Shown here: one piece after another, positions 1 through 12,700 of the stretch | Numbering within the stretch: the stretch's first letter is position 1 | Layout: each line of letters begins with the position of its first letter | Virus record (IMG/VR): IMGVR_UViG_3300027759_000001 | Direction: 5' to 3' (one strand) | Length of the DNA: 64,000 nucleotides | DNA from: a virus | Taxonomy: Duplodnaviria > Caudoviricetes | Notes under the pieces: generated by a model | Seen by the model: the letters and a program-made list of their open reading frames with translations, nothing else | Database searches by the model: none | What the model was told of the DNA's origin: nothing | Made by a program: the position numbers and the translations under genes

Positions 1-1368
1 ACTATTGAAGACTTTGAAGAAATTATTCCAAGAGCACTTAATACAGATAAAGAAAGACAACTTGGAGTTCCATTCAACATTTCGTGGGGTGGGGGTACTC
101 AAGGACTACATGAGAACTTAACTTTCTCATCAACAACTTATCCTTATAACAATTACATTCAGGATCCTGAATTATTCCCTGAGAATATTCTTAGTGGAAC
201 AACATTTGCGGGAATGAAAACAAATATTTTATTGGAACAAAATTTTGGTGGAACATTTGAGGGTGGTATATCTCAATTTAGAATGTATGTGACACCATTA
301 TCATCGGCTGAGGTTAAACATAATTTTAATATATTGAAAGGTACTTTTGATATGTTTGATTACGATTGTCCTGATTGTGATGTATTAGTTTGTGATGTAA
401 ATGATTTCACATATGAAATTGAAACAACAACTACAACTCATCCATTAATAACAACAACTACAACTCATCCATTAATAACAACAACCACCACGACAAATTT
501 AACAACAACAACTACAACACAAAATATTAATTGTCCTTATGTTTTTTTTATGAAACAAGGGAATAATTTGTGTTCTAATATTTATCAATATGACCCAATA
601 AATAATTTAGAAACTAATGTTACAGTTCCAAATTGTAGTACATACGGAGCCCCAACCGGGATAGCCAACACAAATACAAAATTATGGACAATTGATGGAA
701 ATACAAATAATATTACAGAATGGGATATTATAATGTCACCATTTAGTTCCAATTATGTTAAAACTATTACAACCTCAAACCCATTTGATTTTAGAACTAG
801 ATTTATATCTGCATATAGAGACCCTATAAGTGGTTTAGTTGACCCTAATTTTTTAATATCTTCGTCATCTTCAACTATTGTCCCACAATTAACTGAAATT
901 ATAAAAATTAATATTAGCGGTTTAAGTTGGACTAAAATTACTTTATTTAATTGGCCATCATCAATATATGATAATAGGATTATTAAAAAATTGATGATGA
1001 CAACAACTAATAAAATAATAATTTTAAATTATGATAGTCTTACTAGTGACCAATTTATAACCCAATTAGAGTATGTTGGGGGTATTTGGAGTTTAATGTT
1101 AGATGTTAATATTACAGTCTCAAGTGTAACATATGACACAATTTATCAAAATTCTTCATCTAATTATTTATTATCAGATAATATTCCTGCGGATGTTTAC
1201 AGTATTAACAATTCTTTTTCTAAAACTTTTATAGACCAATTAAATATATCTGGTGTGTATTTTTCATCTCAAGACCCAAATTGCGTTAATAATGAATTTA
1301 TTAATGGACCATTAGTTACACCAACTCCAACTCATCCATTAATAACAACAACTACAACAATAATATGA
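1..1368 (+). CDS. 5'-truncated large probable virion protein: end of a LamG/ConA-like domain, Cys motif, Thr-rich linker, beta-propeller-like domain, Thr-rich tail
   Basis: Frame 1 is open from base 1 ([22 protein letters not shown]...) into the tracked ORF at 214, so the true start lies left of the window. [24 protein letters not shown] resembles a LamG C-terminus. HPLITTTTT occurs three times. Confidence 0.6.
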   Translation, partial: TIEDFEEIIPRALNTDKERQLGVPFNISWGGGTQGLHENLTFSSTTYPYNNYIQDPELFPENILSGTTFAGMKTNILLEQNFGGTFEGGISQFRMYVTPLSSAEVKHNFNILKGTFDMFDYDCPDCDVLVCDVNDFTYEIETTTTTHPLITTTTTHPLITTTTTTNLTTTTTTQNINCPYVFFMKQGNNLCSNIYQYDPINNLETNVTVPNCSTYGAPTGIANTNTKLWTIDGNTNNITEWDIIMSPFSSNYVKTITTSNPFDFRTRFISAYRDPISGLVDPNFLISSSSSTIVPQLTEIIKINISGLSWTKITLFNWPSSIYDNRIIKKLMMTTTNKIIILNYDSLTSDQFITQLEYVGGIWSLMLDVNITVSSVTYDTIYQNSSSNYLLSDNIPADVYSINNSFSKTFIDQLNISGVYFSSQDPNCVNNEFINGPLVTPTPTHPLITTTTTII

Positions 1369-1865
1369 GTAATTCAATAATTATAAAAAGTATAAATTAC
1401 GATGGTGAGGTTGCAAATATAATATTTAAACCTGACAATGATAATGTTGTAATTAATTTAGGTGATGTAACTTTACCTTGTACATTTAACCCTTCGTTGT
1501 TAATACCACCAAGAGAAATATATGGTACTTATACTATATTAGTATTAAACGATCAATGTCTTAATAGTGATTGTCCTTACATATTAAATGTTGTTAGACC
1601 AACTCCTACTCCAACTCCTACACCAACATTAACGTCAACTCCAACTAACACACCAACACCAACACCTACACCAACAGAAACAAAATATGTTTGTGTACCA
1701 ACACCAACAATCACGGTAACACAAACAATGACTTCAACACCAACGGCAACACCTCATCCGACGTGTACAAATCCGTGTGGTTGTCCATCACCAAGTAGAA
1801 CTCCTAAACCAACAAGGACACCAACACAAACTGCGACAAATGGGTATTGTCCAATACTACCGTAG
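1365..1865 (+). CDS. Probable virion decoration protein: adaptor domain A plus Pro/Thr-rich tail with Cys motifs
   Basis: ORF overlaps the previous stop. N-terminus ([19 protein letters not shown]...INLGDVTLP...YGTYTILV) aligns by eye with the N-terminus of 38347..39438; a PTPT repeat follows. Confidence 0.6.
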   Translation: MSNSIIIKSINYDGEVANIIFKPDNDNVVINLGDVTLPCTFNPSLLIPPREIYGTYTILVLNDQCLNSDCPYILNVVRPTPTPTPTPTLTSTPTNTPTPTPTPTETKYVCVPTPTITVTQTMTSTPTATPHPTCTNPCGCPSPSRTPKPTRTPTQTATNGYCPILP

Positions 1866-1886
1866 TTTGTTTTTTTATTATCAAAC

Positions 1887-1893
1887 TATTTAT
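1887..1893 (+). promoter_or_regulatory. TATTTAT motif, candidate late promoter
   Basis: 5 nt upstream of ATG 1899; the same heptamer recurs before many structural genes. Confidence 0.4.
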
Positions 1894-1898
1894 GGGAT

Positions 1899-2204
1899 AT
1901 GTTAATATTACAAATTGATGGTATAACAGGGGCTACCGCACCTTACAATTTATATGTCTGTGATGTCTATGGTAATCAATGTGCGGTTTTGGCAACAATA
2001 AATACTCCGATCCCACCATCAATAACATTAAACGTACCATCTCAATTTAATAATGTTCCAGCAATTGGTCTTAAAATCATTGATGTAAATGGTTGTGAAC
2101 AATTTGGAATCATCTATTGTGGAGATGTCAAGGGTAAAATATTCCAATCATCAGAGGTATTCTTATTCCAAGATGCAAATATTTATATTTTTGAGGACCA
2201 ATAA
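1899..2204 (+). CDS. Small Cys-containing probable structural protein (domain B)
   Basis: PYNLYVCD...C...KIIDVNGCE matches the N-terminus of 27337..29502 (PYNIYVCD...C...KIIDSRNCE). Confidence 0.6.
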   Translation: MLILQIDGITGATAPYNLYVCDVYGNQCAVLATINTPIPPSITLNVPSQFNNVPAIGLKIIDVNGCEQFGIIYCGDVKGKIFQSSEVFLFQDANIYIFEDQ

Positions 2205-2216
2205 TAACATTTTTAA

Positions 2217-2223
2217 TATTTAT
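2217..2223 (+). promoter_or_regulatory. TATTTAT motif, candidate late promoter
   Basis: 12 nt upstream of ATG 2236. Confidence 0.45.
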
Positions 2224-2235
2224 AAGTAAAAGGGG

Positions 2236-5200
2236 ATGCCGAATTATCAAAGACTTACGGATAGAGTATTAGCACCAAGTGTGTCTATAAATGATATTTT
2301 ACATATTGTTATTACAGGTGACACATCTCAAAACCCTGCTGGTTCATCTTATAAAGCCACATTAGAACAAGTTGCTTCAGTTATTGGTAGTGTTGGTACA
2401 TCAGGAACAAACGGTACAGATGGTACTTCAGGAACAAGCGGAGTGAATGGAACTTCAGGAACTAACGGATCAAGCGGAGCGAATGGAACTTCAGGAACTA
2501 ACGGTACTTCAGGAACTTCAGGAACTTCAGGGACGAGCGGAACTAACGGAACAAATGGAACGAATGGTACTAACGGAACTAATGGTACTTCAGGAACAAG
2601 CGGAGCAAACGGAACTTCAGGGACTAATGGAACAAGCGGAGCAAACGGAACTTCAGGAACTAATGGTACTAGTGGAACAAACGGAACGTCAGGAACTAAC
2701 GGAACAGATGGGTCTTCAGGTACAAATGGTACAAACGGAACGGATGGTACAAACGGAACTAATGGTACAAACGGAACGGATGGTACAGACGGAACAAGTG
2801 GTACTAATGGGTCTTCAGGGACTAACGGAACAAGTGGTACTAATGGGTCTTCAGGGACTAACGGAACAAGTGGTATATCGGGAGTAAATGGAACATCAGG
2901 TACAAACGGAACTTCAGGAACTAATGGTACAGATGGAACTTCAGGAACAAACGGAACAGACGGAACTTCAGGTACAAATGGAACAGATGGTACTTCAGGA
3001 ACAAACGGGACAGACGGAACTAGCGGAACAAATGGTACGGACGGTACTAACGGAACTAATGGTACGGACGGAACTTCAGGAACTAATGGTACGGACGGAA
3101 CTAACGGAACTAATGGTACGGACGGAACTTCAGGAACAAACGGGACAGATGGTACTTCAGGTACAAATGGTACAGACGGAACTAATGGAACAGATGGTAC
3201 TTCAGGAACTAATGGTACAGACGGAACTTCAGGTACAAATGGAACGGACGGAACTTCAGGTACAAACGGAACTGATGGAAGTAGTGGAACAAACGGAACA
3301 GACGGTACTTCAGGAACAAACGGAACAGACGGTACTTCAGGAACTAACGGAACAGATGGAAGTAGTGGTACAAACGGAACAGACGGTACTTCAGGAACAA
3401 ACGGAACAGACGGTACTTCAGGAACTAACGGAACTGATGGTACTTCGGGAACAAATGGTACTAGTGGAACAAATGGTACGAATGGTACATCAGGTACAAA
3501 TGGTACTTCAGGAACTAATGGTACTAATGGTACTAATGGAACTAACGGAACATCAGGTACCAATGGTACAAGTGGAACTAACGGAACGTCAGGAACAAAT
3601 GGCACAAACGGGACTTCAGGAACTAACGGTACTAATGGTACATCAGGAACAAATGGCACATCGGGAACAAACGGAACATCAGGAACTAACGGAACTGATG
3701 GTACTTCAGGAACTAACGGAACTGATGGGACTTCAGGAACTAACGGAACAGATGGAAGTAGTGGTACAAATGGAACGGATGGAAGTAGTGGTACAAATGG
3801 AACGGATGGGACTTCAGGAACAAATGGTACAGACGGCACTTCAGGAACAAATGGTACTGACGGAACTTCAGGGACAAATGGAACCAACGGTACGGACGGA
3901 ACTAATGGAACAGATGGTACTAGCGGAACAAATGGTACAGATGGAACAAACGGTACGGATGGGACTAGTGGCACAAATGGAACTGATGGTACTTCAGGCA
4001 CAAACGGAACAGACGGCACTTCAGGGACAAATGGTACAAATGGAACTGATGGTACTTCAGGTACAAACGGAACAGACGGCACTTCAGGGACAAATGGTAC
4101 AAATGGAACTGATGGGTCAAGCGGTACAAATGGAACTGATGGATCAAGCGGTACTAATGGAACTGATGGATCAAGTGGTACTAACGGCACTTCAGGAACT
4201 GACGGTACGGATGGGACTAGTGGAACAAATGGTACGGATGGAACTAGTGGAACAAATGGAACTGATGGTTCAAGTGGGACTAATGGAACGGATGGAAGTA
4301 GCGGAACAAATGGTACTGATGGTTCAAGTGGGACTAATGGAACGGATGGAAGTAGCGGAACAAATGGTACTGATGGTACTAGCGGAACAAATGGTACTAA
4401 CGGAACAGATGGAACTAGCGGAACAAATGGTACAGACGGAACTAATGGAACTAATGGTACAGACGGAACTAATGGAACAGATGGAAGTTCTGGAACAAAT
4501 GGAACGGATGGTACTTCAGGCACTAATGGAACGGATGGTACTTCAGGGACAAACGGAACAGATGGTACTTCAGGTACTAATGGAACAGATGGTACTTCAG
4601 GTACTAACGGAACGGATGGTACTTCAGGGACAAACGGAACAGATGGTACTAATGGAACGGATGGTACTAGCGGAACAAACGGAACAGATGGGACTTCAGG
4701 GACTAACGGTACTAATGGAACAAATGGTACTGACGGATCAAGTGGTACTAACGGAACAGATGGTACTTCGGGGACAAATGGAACAGATGGTACTAACGGA
4801 ACGGATGGTACTTCAGGGACAAACGGAACAGATGGTACTTCGGGGACAAATGGAACAGATGGTACTTCAGGGACAAACGGAACAGATGGTACTTCGGGGA
4901 CATCACCCTTAATTTGTACTCCATTCTTATCGGGAGATTATTATTTTCAATCGGTAGGCTCAATATACAACGGACCTTCATATCCAAATATGGCATGGGG
5001 TCCTGGTCAAACATTAAGTGTATACGCACCTGAAGGTGTTATAGAATATATGTTAATTACAGGTTATACCGCATCAACAGGTGCGATATCTGCGGTTATC
5101 ACATATTGTTCAAATGTTAATTACAAAACAACATCGGGTGTTAATCTTTGTCTTGTAGGTGAACAAGGAACATCTGGCACAAATGGTACTTCAGGGACAA

Positions 5201-8200
5201 ACGGAACAGATGGTACTAATGGAACTTCAGGGACTAACGGTACTGATGGTACGAATGGTACAGATGGTACAGATGGTACAGATGGTACTAGTGGTACAAA
5301 CGGTACGGATGGAACTAATGGTACCGATGGTACTAGCGGTACTAATGGAACAGATGGTACTAATGGTACTAGCGGTACTAATGGAACAGACGGAACTTCA
5401 GGTACTAATGGAACGGATGGTAGTTCAGGTACTAATGGTACAGATGGTAGTTCAGGTACTAATGGGACAAACGGTACAGACGGTACTTCAGGAACTAACG
5501 GTACAGATGGAACGTCAGGAACAAATGGTACAGACGGTTCAAACGGAACGGATGGTACTAGCGGAACAAATGGTACAGATGGAACAAGTGGGATATCTGG
5601 AGTAAATGGTACAAGTGGAACAAATGGTACTAACGGAACATCAGGAACTAACGGAACGGATGGTACTTCAGGAACAAACGGTACGGACGGAACCTCAGGA
5701 ACTAATGGTACAGATGGAACTTCGGGGACTAATGGTACAGACGGTACTTCAGGTACTAATGGAACTGACGGATCTTCAGGGACTAATGGAACAGATGGAA
5801 CATCAGGTACAAACGGAACAAATGGTACAAATGGAACAGATGGTTCAAGCGGAACTAATGGTACGGACGGAACTAATGGTACAAATGGAACAGATGGTTC
5901 AAGCGGAACGAATGGTACTGACGGAACAAATGGTACTGACGGAACCTCAGGTACAAACGGTACGGATGGAACTTCGGGTACTAATGGTACAGATGGTACA
6001 AACGGAACAGATGGTTCAAGCGGAACTAATGGTACGGACGGAACTAATGGTACAGATGGTACTAGCGGTACAAATGGTACTGATGGATCAAACGGTACGG
6101 ATGGAACTTCAGGTACTAATGGAACTGACGGAACAAGTGGTACTAATGGAACTTCGGGGACTAATGGAACAAGTGGTATATCGGGGGTAAATGGAACTTC
6201 AGGAACAAATGGTACTTCAGGTACAAATGGTACCAACGGAACAAATGGTACTTCAGGGACAAATGGTACTAACGGGACTTCAGGTACAAATGGTTCTTCA
6301 GGAACTAGCGGTGTTAATGGTATTTCAGGTGGAGCTGTTTATTTCTTTAACGAATCAGTAACACAAACACCATACAAAGAATTTTCACCTATACCGACAT
6401 CAGGGTCACAACAAACAGTTACGGTTACTATTGCGAATGGTGTAACATCAACTATTCAATCATATTTAACACCCTCAACTTATCCGAATGTATCAACCAT
6501 ACCTGCGGGAATTTGGTCTTTCTTCTTACACGCGTATAAAGAAAATAATAACGCATCTTTTGATATTTTTTGTGAAGTTTATTCAAGAACAACAGGTGGA
6601 ACGGAAACTTTATTATTTTCAACAGACCCAGCACCTGTAACAACAAATTCACCAAATCCATCAATGGTATTATCTGATGGATTTCAAGGAGGATTTTCAA
6701 TCAATACAACAGATAGGATATTAGTTAAAGTTCGAGCTACAAATACCTCAAATCAATCACATACAATTACTTTCGTAACCGAAGGTACAACTCATTATTC
6801 ATATGGTCAAACTACGTTAGGTGTAATTAATGGAACTAGCGGTACGAATGGAACCTCAGGTACAAATGGTACGAGCGGAACTAATGGTACTAACGGAACA
6901 TCAGGTACCAACGGAACATCTGGTACTAATGGTACAAACGGAACTAGCGGTACGAATGGTACATCAGGTACGAATGGTACCAACGGAACTAGCGGTACGA
7001 ATGGGACTTCAGGTACGAATGGAACAAATGGTACTTCAGGGACAAATGGTACTAACGGGACTTCAGGAACAAATGGATCAAGTGGAACTAATGGAACTTC
7101 GGGCACTAATGGAACATCGGGAACAAACGGTACGAATGGAACATCAGGTACGAACGGAACAAATGGAACGTCAGGAACAAATGGTACTTCAGGTACAAAT
7201 GGTACCAACGGAACAAACGGTACTTCAGGAACTAATGGTACGGACGGTACTTCAGGAACGAATGGTACTGATGGAACAAATGGTACTAGTGGAACGAATG
7301 GTACTAGTGGAACGAACGGAACCAATGGAACAAACGGTACTAGCGGAACTAACGGTACAAACGGAACTAACGGTACAAACGGAACTAATGGTACAGACGG
7401 AACTAGCGGTACAAATGGAACTAATGGAACTAATGGAACAAACGGAACTTCGGGAACTAATGGAACATCAGGAACTAATGGAACTAATGGAACTAATGGA
7501 ACGTCGGGAACAAATGGTACGAATGGAACTAGCGGTACTAACGGTACATCGGGTACAAATGGAACTAACGGAACATCAGGTACAAATGGTACTAACGGAA
7601 CATCAGGTACTAACGGAACATCAGGTACAAATGGAACCAACGGAACGTCAGGAACAAATGGAACCAACGGTACTAGCGGAACTAACGGGACTAATGGAAC
7701 ATCAGGAACAAACGGAACATCAGGTACAAATGGTACTAGTGGTGTAAGTGGAGCGTCTGGTACTTCAGGAACAAACGGAACAAATGGTACAAACGGAACC
7801 TCAGGAACTAACGGAACAAATGGAACTTCAGGAACAAATGGCACAAACGGAACCTCAGGAACTAACGGAACAAATGGAACTTCAGGAACTAACGGAACTA
7901 ACGGTACAAATGGAACTTCAGGTACAAATGGAACTTCAGGTACGAATGGGACATCAGGAACCAATGGAACCAACGGTACAAACGGAACCTCAGGAACTAA
8001 CGGTACTAATGGATCAAGCGGTACCAACGGGACATCAGGTACGAATGGAACTAATGGGACATCAGGTACGAATGGAACTAATGGGACATCAGGTACGAAT
8101 GGAACTAATGGGACAAACGGAACGTCAGGGACTAATGGTACCAATGGAACTTCAGGTACTAATGGAACAAACGGAACATCAGGAACAAATGGTACCAACG

Positions 8201-9651
8201 GAACATCAGGAACTAACGGGACTAGCGGTACTAATGGAACTAGCGGAACAAATGGTACATCGGGAACAAATGGTACCAACGGTACATCAGGTACGAATGG
8301 TACCAATGGAACTTCAGGAACCAACGGGACAAATGGTACATCGGGGACAAATGGTACATCGGGAACAAATGGTACCAACGGTACATCAGGTACGAATGGA
8401 ACAAACGGTACAAATGGAACTTCAGGTACTAACGGAACCAATGGCACTAATGGTACAAGTGGAACAAATGGAACGAATGGTACTAATGGAACCTCAGGAA
8501 CAAATGGAACTAACGGGACTAATGGAACTTCAGGAACAAATGGAACCAATGGTACGAGCGGAACTAATGGGACGAATGGTACTTCAGGTACAAATGGTAC
8601 GAATGGTACTTCAGGTACAAATGGTACGAATGGAACAAATGGTTCAAGTGGTACTAACGGTACTAACGGTACTAACGGAACTAATGGAACGAACGGAACC
8701 TCAGGTACTAATGGAACATCGGGAACAAATGGAACAAATGGAACAAATGGAACATCAGGGACTAACGGAACGAATGGGACATCAGGAACCAATGGAACTT
8801 CTGGAACTAACGGTACGAATGGTACTAACGGAACCTCAGGTACCAACGGAACAAATGGTACTTCAGGTACGAACGGAACTAACGGAACATCAGGAACAAA
8901 CGGTACAAATGGTACAAATGGTACAAATGGTACAAACGGAACAAATGGTACTTCGGGAACAAACGGTACTTCAGGAACGAATGGTACTAACGGAACTTCA
9001 GGAACAAATGGTACCAACGGAACAAATGGTACCAACGGAACTAATGGAACCTCAGGGACTAATGGAACTAACGGAACAAATGGTACCAATGGAACCTCAG
9101 GTACTAACGGAACTAACGGAACTAACGGAACAAATGGTACGAGCGGAACTAATGGTACAAACGGAACATCAGGAACAAATGGAACATCAGGAACGAACGG
9201 TACAAGCGGATCATCACCTGTAGTACCAGGATTAGATAATGAAGTATTAACGTCAGACGGTTCGGGTAATATAGTTGCGGAAACTGATTTTACATATAAC
9301 GGTACTGATAATATATTAACACTAACAAGAAGTTACGATAAGGTTAATACTAAAACGGCAACAAATATTTCAACAACAACAACCATTGACTCATTTACAA
9401 CTAACTTTGGATGTTCGGCAATATTTGAATATTGTATAACAAGTACTAGTGGTCGTAAACGTATGGGTCAAGTATTTGCAACTTGGGACAATACAAGTGC
9501 GGTATTTACAGATATTTCATCCCCCGATTTAAATGCATCAACTGCTGCAGTAACTTGGAAAGTAAGTGTAGTATCGGGTAATGTTGAGTTAGTTGCTAAC
9601 ATTAGTGGTGCTACTTGGGACATATTAGTTGCAACAAGAATCATATTCTAA
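2236..9651 (+). CDS. Giant Gly-X-Y repeat fibre protein 1 (2471 aa): three G-T-(N/S/D) segments separated by two globular domains, with N- and C-terminal domains
   Basis: Gly at every third residue over 2395-4905, 5167-6327 and 6832-9216. Non-repetitive domains at about 4906-5157, 6328-6831 and 9217-9651. Fibre role inferred from context. Confidence 0.8.
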   Translation: MPNYQRLTDRVLAPSVSINDILHIVITGDTSQNPAGSSYKATLEQVASVIGSVGTSGTNGTDGTSGTSGVNGTSGTNGSSGANGTSGTNGTSGTSGTSGTSGTNGTNGTNGTNGTNGTSGTSGANGTSGTNGTSGANGTSGTNGTSGTNGTSGTNGTDGSSGTNGTNGTDGTNGTNGTNGTDGTDGTSGTNGSSGTNGTSGTNGSSGTNGTSGISGVNGTSGTNGTSGTNGTDGTSGTNGTDGTSGTNGTDGTSGTNGTDGTSGTNGTDGTNGTNGTDGTSGTNGTDGTNGTNGTDGTSGTNGTDGTSGTNGTDGTNGTDGTSGTNGTDGTSGTNGTDGTSGTNGTDGSSGTNGTDGTSGTNGTDGTSGTNGTDGSSGTNGTDGTSGTNGTDGTSGTNGTDGTSGTNGTSGTNGTNGTSGTNGTSGTNGTNGTNGTNGTSGTNGTSGTNGTSGTNGTNGTSGTNGTNGTSGTNGTSGTNGTSGTNGTDGTSGTNGTDGTSGTNGTDGSSGTNGTDGSSGTNGTDGTSGTNGTDGTSGTNGTDGTSGTNGTNGTDGTNGTDGTSGTNGTDGTNGTDGTSGTNGTDGTSGTNGTDGTSGTNGTNGTDGTSGTNGTDGTSGTNGTNGTDGSSGTNGTDGSSGTNGTDGSSGTNGTSGTDGTDGTSGTNGTDGTSGTNGTDGSSGTNGTDGSSGTNGTDGSSGTNGTDGSSGTNGTDGTSGTNGTNGTDGTSGTNGTDGTNGTNGTDGTNGTDGSSGTNGTDGTSGTNGTDGTSGTNGTDGTSGTNGTDGTSGTNGTDGTSGTNGTDGTNGTDGTSGTNGTDGTSGTNGTNGTNGTDGSSGTNGTDGTSGTNGTDGTNGTDGTSGTNGTDGTSGTNGTDGTSGTNGTDGTSGTSPLICTPFLSGDYYFQSVGSIYNGPSYPNMAWGPGQTLSVYAPEGVIEYMLITGYTASTGAISAVITYCSNVNYKTTSGVNLCLVGEQGTSGTNGTSGTNGTDGTNGTSGTNGTDGTNGTDGTDGTDGTSGTNGTDGTNGTDGTSGTNGTDGTNGTSGTNGTDGTSGTNGTDGSSGTNGTDGSSGTNGTNGTDGTSGTNGTDGTSGTNGTDGSNGTDGTSGTNGTDGTSGISGVNGTSGTNGTNGTSGTNGTDGTSGTNGTDGTSGTNGTDGTSGTNGTDGTSGTNGTDGSSGTNGTDGTSGTNGTNGTNGTDGSSGTNGTDGTNGTNGTDGSSGTNGTDGTNGTDGTSGTNGTDGTSGTNGTDGTNGTDGSSGTNGTDGTNGTDGTSGTNGTDGSNGTDGTSGTNGTDGTSGTNGTSGTNGTSGISGVNGTSGTNGTSGTNGTNGTNGTSGTNGTNGTSGTNGSSGTSGVNGISGGAVYFFNESVTQTPYKEFSPIPTSGSQQTVTVTIANGVTSTIQSYLTPSTYPNVSTIPAGIWSFFLHAYKENNNASFDIFCEVYSRTTGGTETLLFSTDPAPVTTNSPNPSMVLSDGFQGGFSINTTDRILVKVRATNTSNQSHTITFVTEGTTHYSYGQTTLGVINGTSGTNGTSGTNGTSGTNGTNGTSGTNGTSGTNGTNGTSGTNGTSGTNGTNGTSGTNGTSGTNGTNGTSGTNGTNGTSGTNGSSGTNGTSGTNGTSGTNGTNGTSGTNGTNGTSGTNGTSGTNGTNGTNGTSGTNGTDGTSGTNGTDGTNGTSGTNGTSGTNGTNGTNGTSGTNGTNGTNGTNGTNGTDGTSGTNGTNGTNGTNGTSGTNGTSGTNGTNGTNGTSGTNGTNGTSGTNGTSGTNGTNGTSGTNGTNGTSGTNGTSGTNGTNGTSGTNGTNGTSGTNGTNGTSGTNGTSGTNGTSGVSGASGTSGTNGTNGTNGTSGTNGTNGTSGTNGTNGTSGTNGTNGTSGTNGTNGTNGTSGTNGTSGTNGTSGTNGTNGTNGTSGTNGTNGSSGTNGTSGTNGTNGTSGTNGTNGTSGTNGTNGTNGTSGTNGTNGTSGTNGTNGTSGTNGTNGTSGTNGTSGTNGTSGTNGTSGTNGTNGTSGTNGTNGTSGTNGTNGTSGTNGTSGTNGTNGTSGTNGTNGTNGTSGTNGTNGTNGTSGTNGTNGTNGTSGTNGTNGTNGTSGTNGTNGTSGTNGTNGTSGTNGTNGTSGTNGTNGTNGSSGTNGTNGTNGTNGTNGTSGTNGTSGTNGTNGTNGTSGTNGTNGTSGTNGTSGTNGTNGTNGTSGTNGTNGTSGTNGTNGTSGTNGTNGTNGTNGTNGTNGTSGTNGTSGTNGTNGTSGTNGTNGTNGTNGTNGTSGTNGTNGTNGTNGTSGTNGTNGTNGTNGTSGTNGTNGTSGTNGTSGTNGTSGSSPVVPGLDNEVLTSDGSGNIVAETDFTYNGTDNILTLTRSYDKVNTKTATNISTTTTIDSFTTNFGCSAIFEYCITSTSGRKRMGQVFATWDNTSAVFTDISSPDLNASTAAVTWKVSVVSGNVELVANISGATWDILVATRIIF
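2395..9216 (+). repeat. 9-nt-period coding repeat (Gly-Thr-Asn/Ser/Asp) in three blocks of 279, 129 and 265 triplets
   Basis: Block lengths of 2511, 1161 and 2385 nt are exact multiples of 9; synonymous codons are scrambled between units. Confidence 0.9.
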
Positions 9652-9704
9652 AATCAATCTTTCATTTAATTTTTCTTTTTAGATAATAAAGTTTACTTAA
9701 CTAA

Positions 9705-9711
9705 TATTTAT
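9705..9711 (+). promoter_or_regulatory. TATTTAT motif, candidate late promoter
   Basis: 56 nt upstream of ATG 9768. Confidence 0.35.
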
Positions 9712-9767
9712 TTAATAACAAATAAATCAAAGGATTTTCTTTTGGATAGGGAAAAAAGAAAAAATAG

Positions 9768-12700
9768 ATGGCAAATGAATTCATAGCCCGTAATGGGGTC
9801 AAATCATTAGGTGGTGTTACATTTCCATATACTGGAGTGAGCACCACATACACAATTAATTCGGATAATTATCTAATTGATTGTACTAGCGGGACATTTA
9901 ATGTCACCCTTCCAACTTCTGCAGGTATTGCAGGACAAATCTTTGTAATTAAAAATAGTGGATCAGGAACAATAACTCTTGCAACAACAGGAGGTCAAAC
10001 TATAGATGGAAGTTCAACAAAAACATTAACACAATATGGATCAATAACCGTACAAAGTGACGGTTCAAATTGGGATATTGCGGGATCTGACGGAACGTCA
10101 GGAACTAACGGCACTAGCGGAACATCAGGAACAAATGGTACCAACGGTACTAATGGAACATCAGGTACAAATGGAACTAACGGTTCAAGTGGAACTAACG
10201 GTACAAATGGGACATCGGGAACCAATGGAACTAACGGTACAAACGGTACTTCAGGAACAAATGGTACAAATGGAACAAACGGAACGTCAGGTACAAACGG
10301 TACTAGCGGAACGAATGGTACTAACGGAACAAATGGTACGAGTGGAACTAACGGAACTAATGGTACATCAGGTACAAATGGTACTTCAGGAACTAATGGG
10401 ACTAACGGAACTTCAGGAACTAATGGTACTTCAGGAACTAACGGTACGAATGGAACTAATGGGACTTCAGGTACGAATGGTACTAATGGAACATCAGGGA
10501 CTAACGGAACAAATGGAACTTCAGGTACTAATGGAACTAATGGTACTAATGGAACTTCAGGTACTAATGGAACTAATGGTACTAATGGAACGTCGGGTAC
10601 TAATGGAACCAACGGAACATCGGGAACCAATGGGACTAACGGTACAAATGGAACATCAGGTACAAATGGAACATCAGGTACAAATGGAACTAACGGATCT
10701 TCAGGAACCAATGGAACTAATGGTACAAACGGAACTAGCGGTACGAATGGAACTTCAGGAACAAATGGAACATCAGGAACTAACGGCACAAATGGTACTA
10801 ATGGATCATCAGGAACTAATGGAACGTCAGGAACAAATGGAACCAACGGTACAAATGGTACTTCAGGAACTAACGGAACAAATGGTACAAATGGAACTTC
10901 AGGGACTAACGGAACTTCAGGAACTAATGGTACCAACGGAACATCGGGTACTAATGGAACTAATGGTACTAACGGAACAAATGGAACATCGGGTACTAAC
11001 GGGACTAATGGTACAAACGGAACTTCAGGAACTAACGGAACAAATGGTACGAGTGGGACCAATGGAACTAACGGTACTTCAGGAACTAACGGAACAAATG
11101 GTACGAGTGGGACCAATGGAACAAATGGTACTTCAGGAACTAATGGTACGAGCGGGACTAATGGAACAAATGGAACATCAGGTACTAACGGTACAAACGG
11201 TACTTCAGGAACGAATGGAACTTCAGGTACTAATGGAACTAATGGTACAAACGGAACATCAGGAACCAACGGTACAAATGGTACCAACGGAACTAGCGGA
11301 ACAAATGGAACTAACGGAACTAACGGAACATCAGGTACTAATGGAACTAATGGAACATCAGGAACAAATGGTACCAACGGAACTAGCGGAACAAATGGGT
11401 CTTCAGGTACGAATGGTACCAACGGAACTAGCGGTACAAATGGAACAAATGGAACTAACGGTACAAATGGCACGAGTGGGACCAATGGAACAAACGGTAC
11501 TTCAGGTACAAATGGAACTAATGGTACAAATGGAACAAATGGTACGAGCGGGACTAATGGAACTTCAGGTACAAACGGAACATCAGGAACGAATGGAACT
11601 AATGGAACTAATGGAACTTCAGGTACAAACGGAACCTCAGGAACGAATGGAACTAATGGAACTTCAGGTACTAACGGAACCTCAGGAACAAATGGTACGA
11701 ATGGATCATCAGGTACAAACGGAACGAATGGAACATCAGGAACAAATGGTACCAACGGAACTAGCGGAACAAACGGTACTTCAGGAACAAACGGTACTTC
11801 AGGAACGAATGGTACCAACGGAACTAGCGGTACTAATGGAACAAGCGGCACAAATGGAACGAATGGTACAAATGGAACCAACGGAACATCAGGTACCAAC
11901 GGAACTAATGGTACAAACGGAACTAGCGGACTTTCTGGTGTTGATGGTACTGATGGAACATCAGGAACAAACGGAACTAGCGGAACTAATGGTACCTCAG
12001 GAACAAGAGGAACTAGCGGAACAAATGGTACAAATGGTACCAACGGAACTAGCGGAACAAATGGTACCAACGGAACAAATGGTACTAATGGAACTTCGGG
12101 AACAAATGGCACAAATGGTACTTCAGGAACAAATGGTACTAACGGAACCTCAGGTACTAATGGGACTTCAGGAACTAATGGAACAAATGGCACATCAGGA
12201 ACAAATGGTACTAACGGAACTTCAGGTACAAATGGAACATCTGGGACAAACGGTACAAATGGTACTAACGGAACATCAGGAACGAATGGTACAAATGGAA
12301 CTTCAGGAACGAATGGTACAAACGGAACTAATGGAACAAATGGAACGAATGGAACCTCAGGTACGAATGGTACTTCAGGAACGAATGGAACTAACGGTAC
12401 TAATGGAACTAGCGGTACAAATGGTACGAACGGAACTAGCGGTACAAATGGTACTTCGGGAACAAATGGAACAAACGGAACTTCAGGTACAAATGGTACT
12501 AACGGAACTTCAGGTACAAATGGAACATCTGGGACAAACGGTACAAATGGTACTAACGGAACATCAGGAACAAATGGTACAAATGGAACTTCAGGAACGA
12601 ATGGTACAAACGGAACTAGCGGGACTAATGGAACTTCAGGAACGAATGGTACAAACGGAACTAATGGAACAAATGGAACGAATGGAACCTCAGGTACTAA

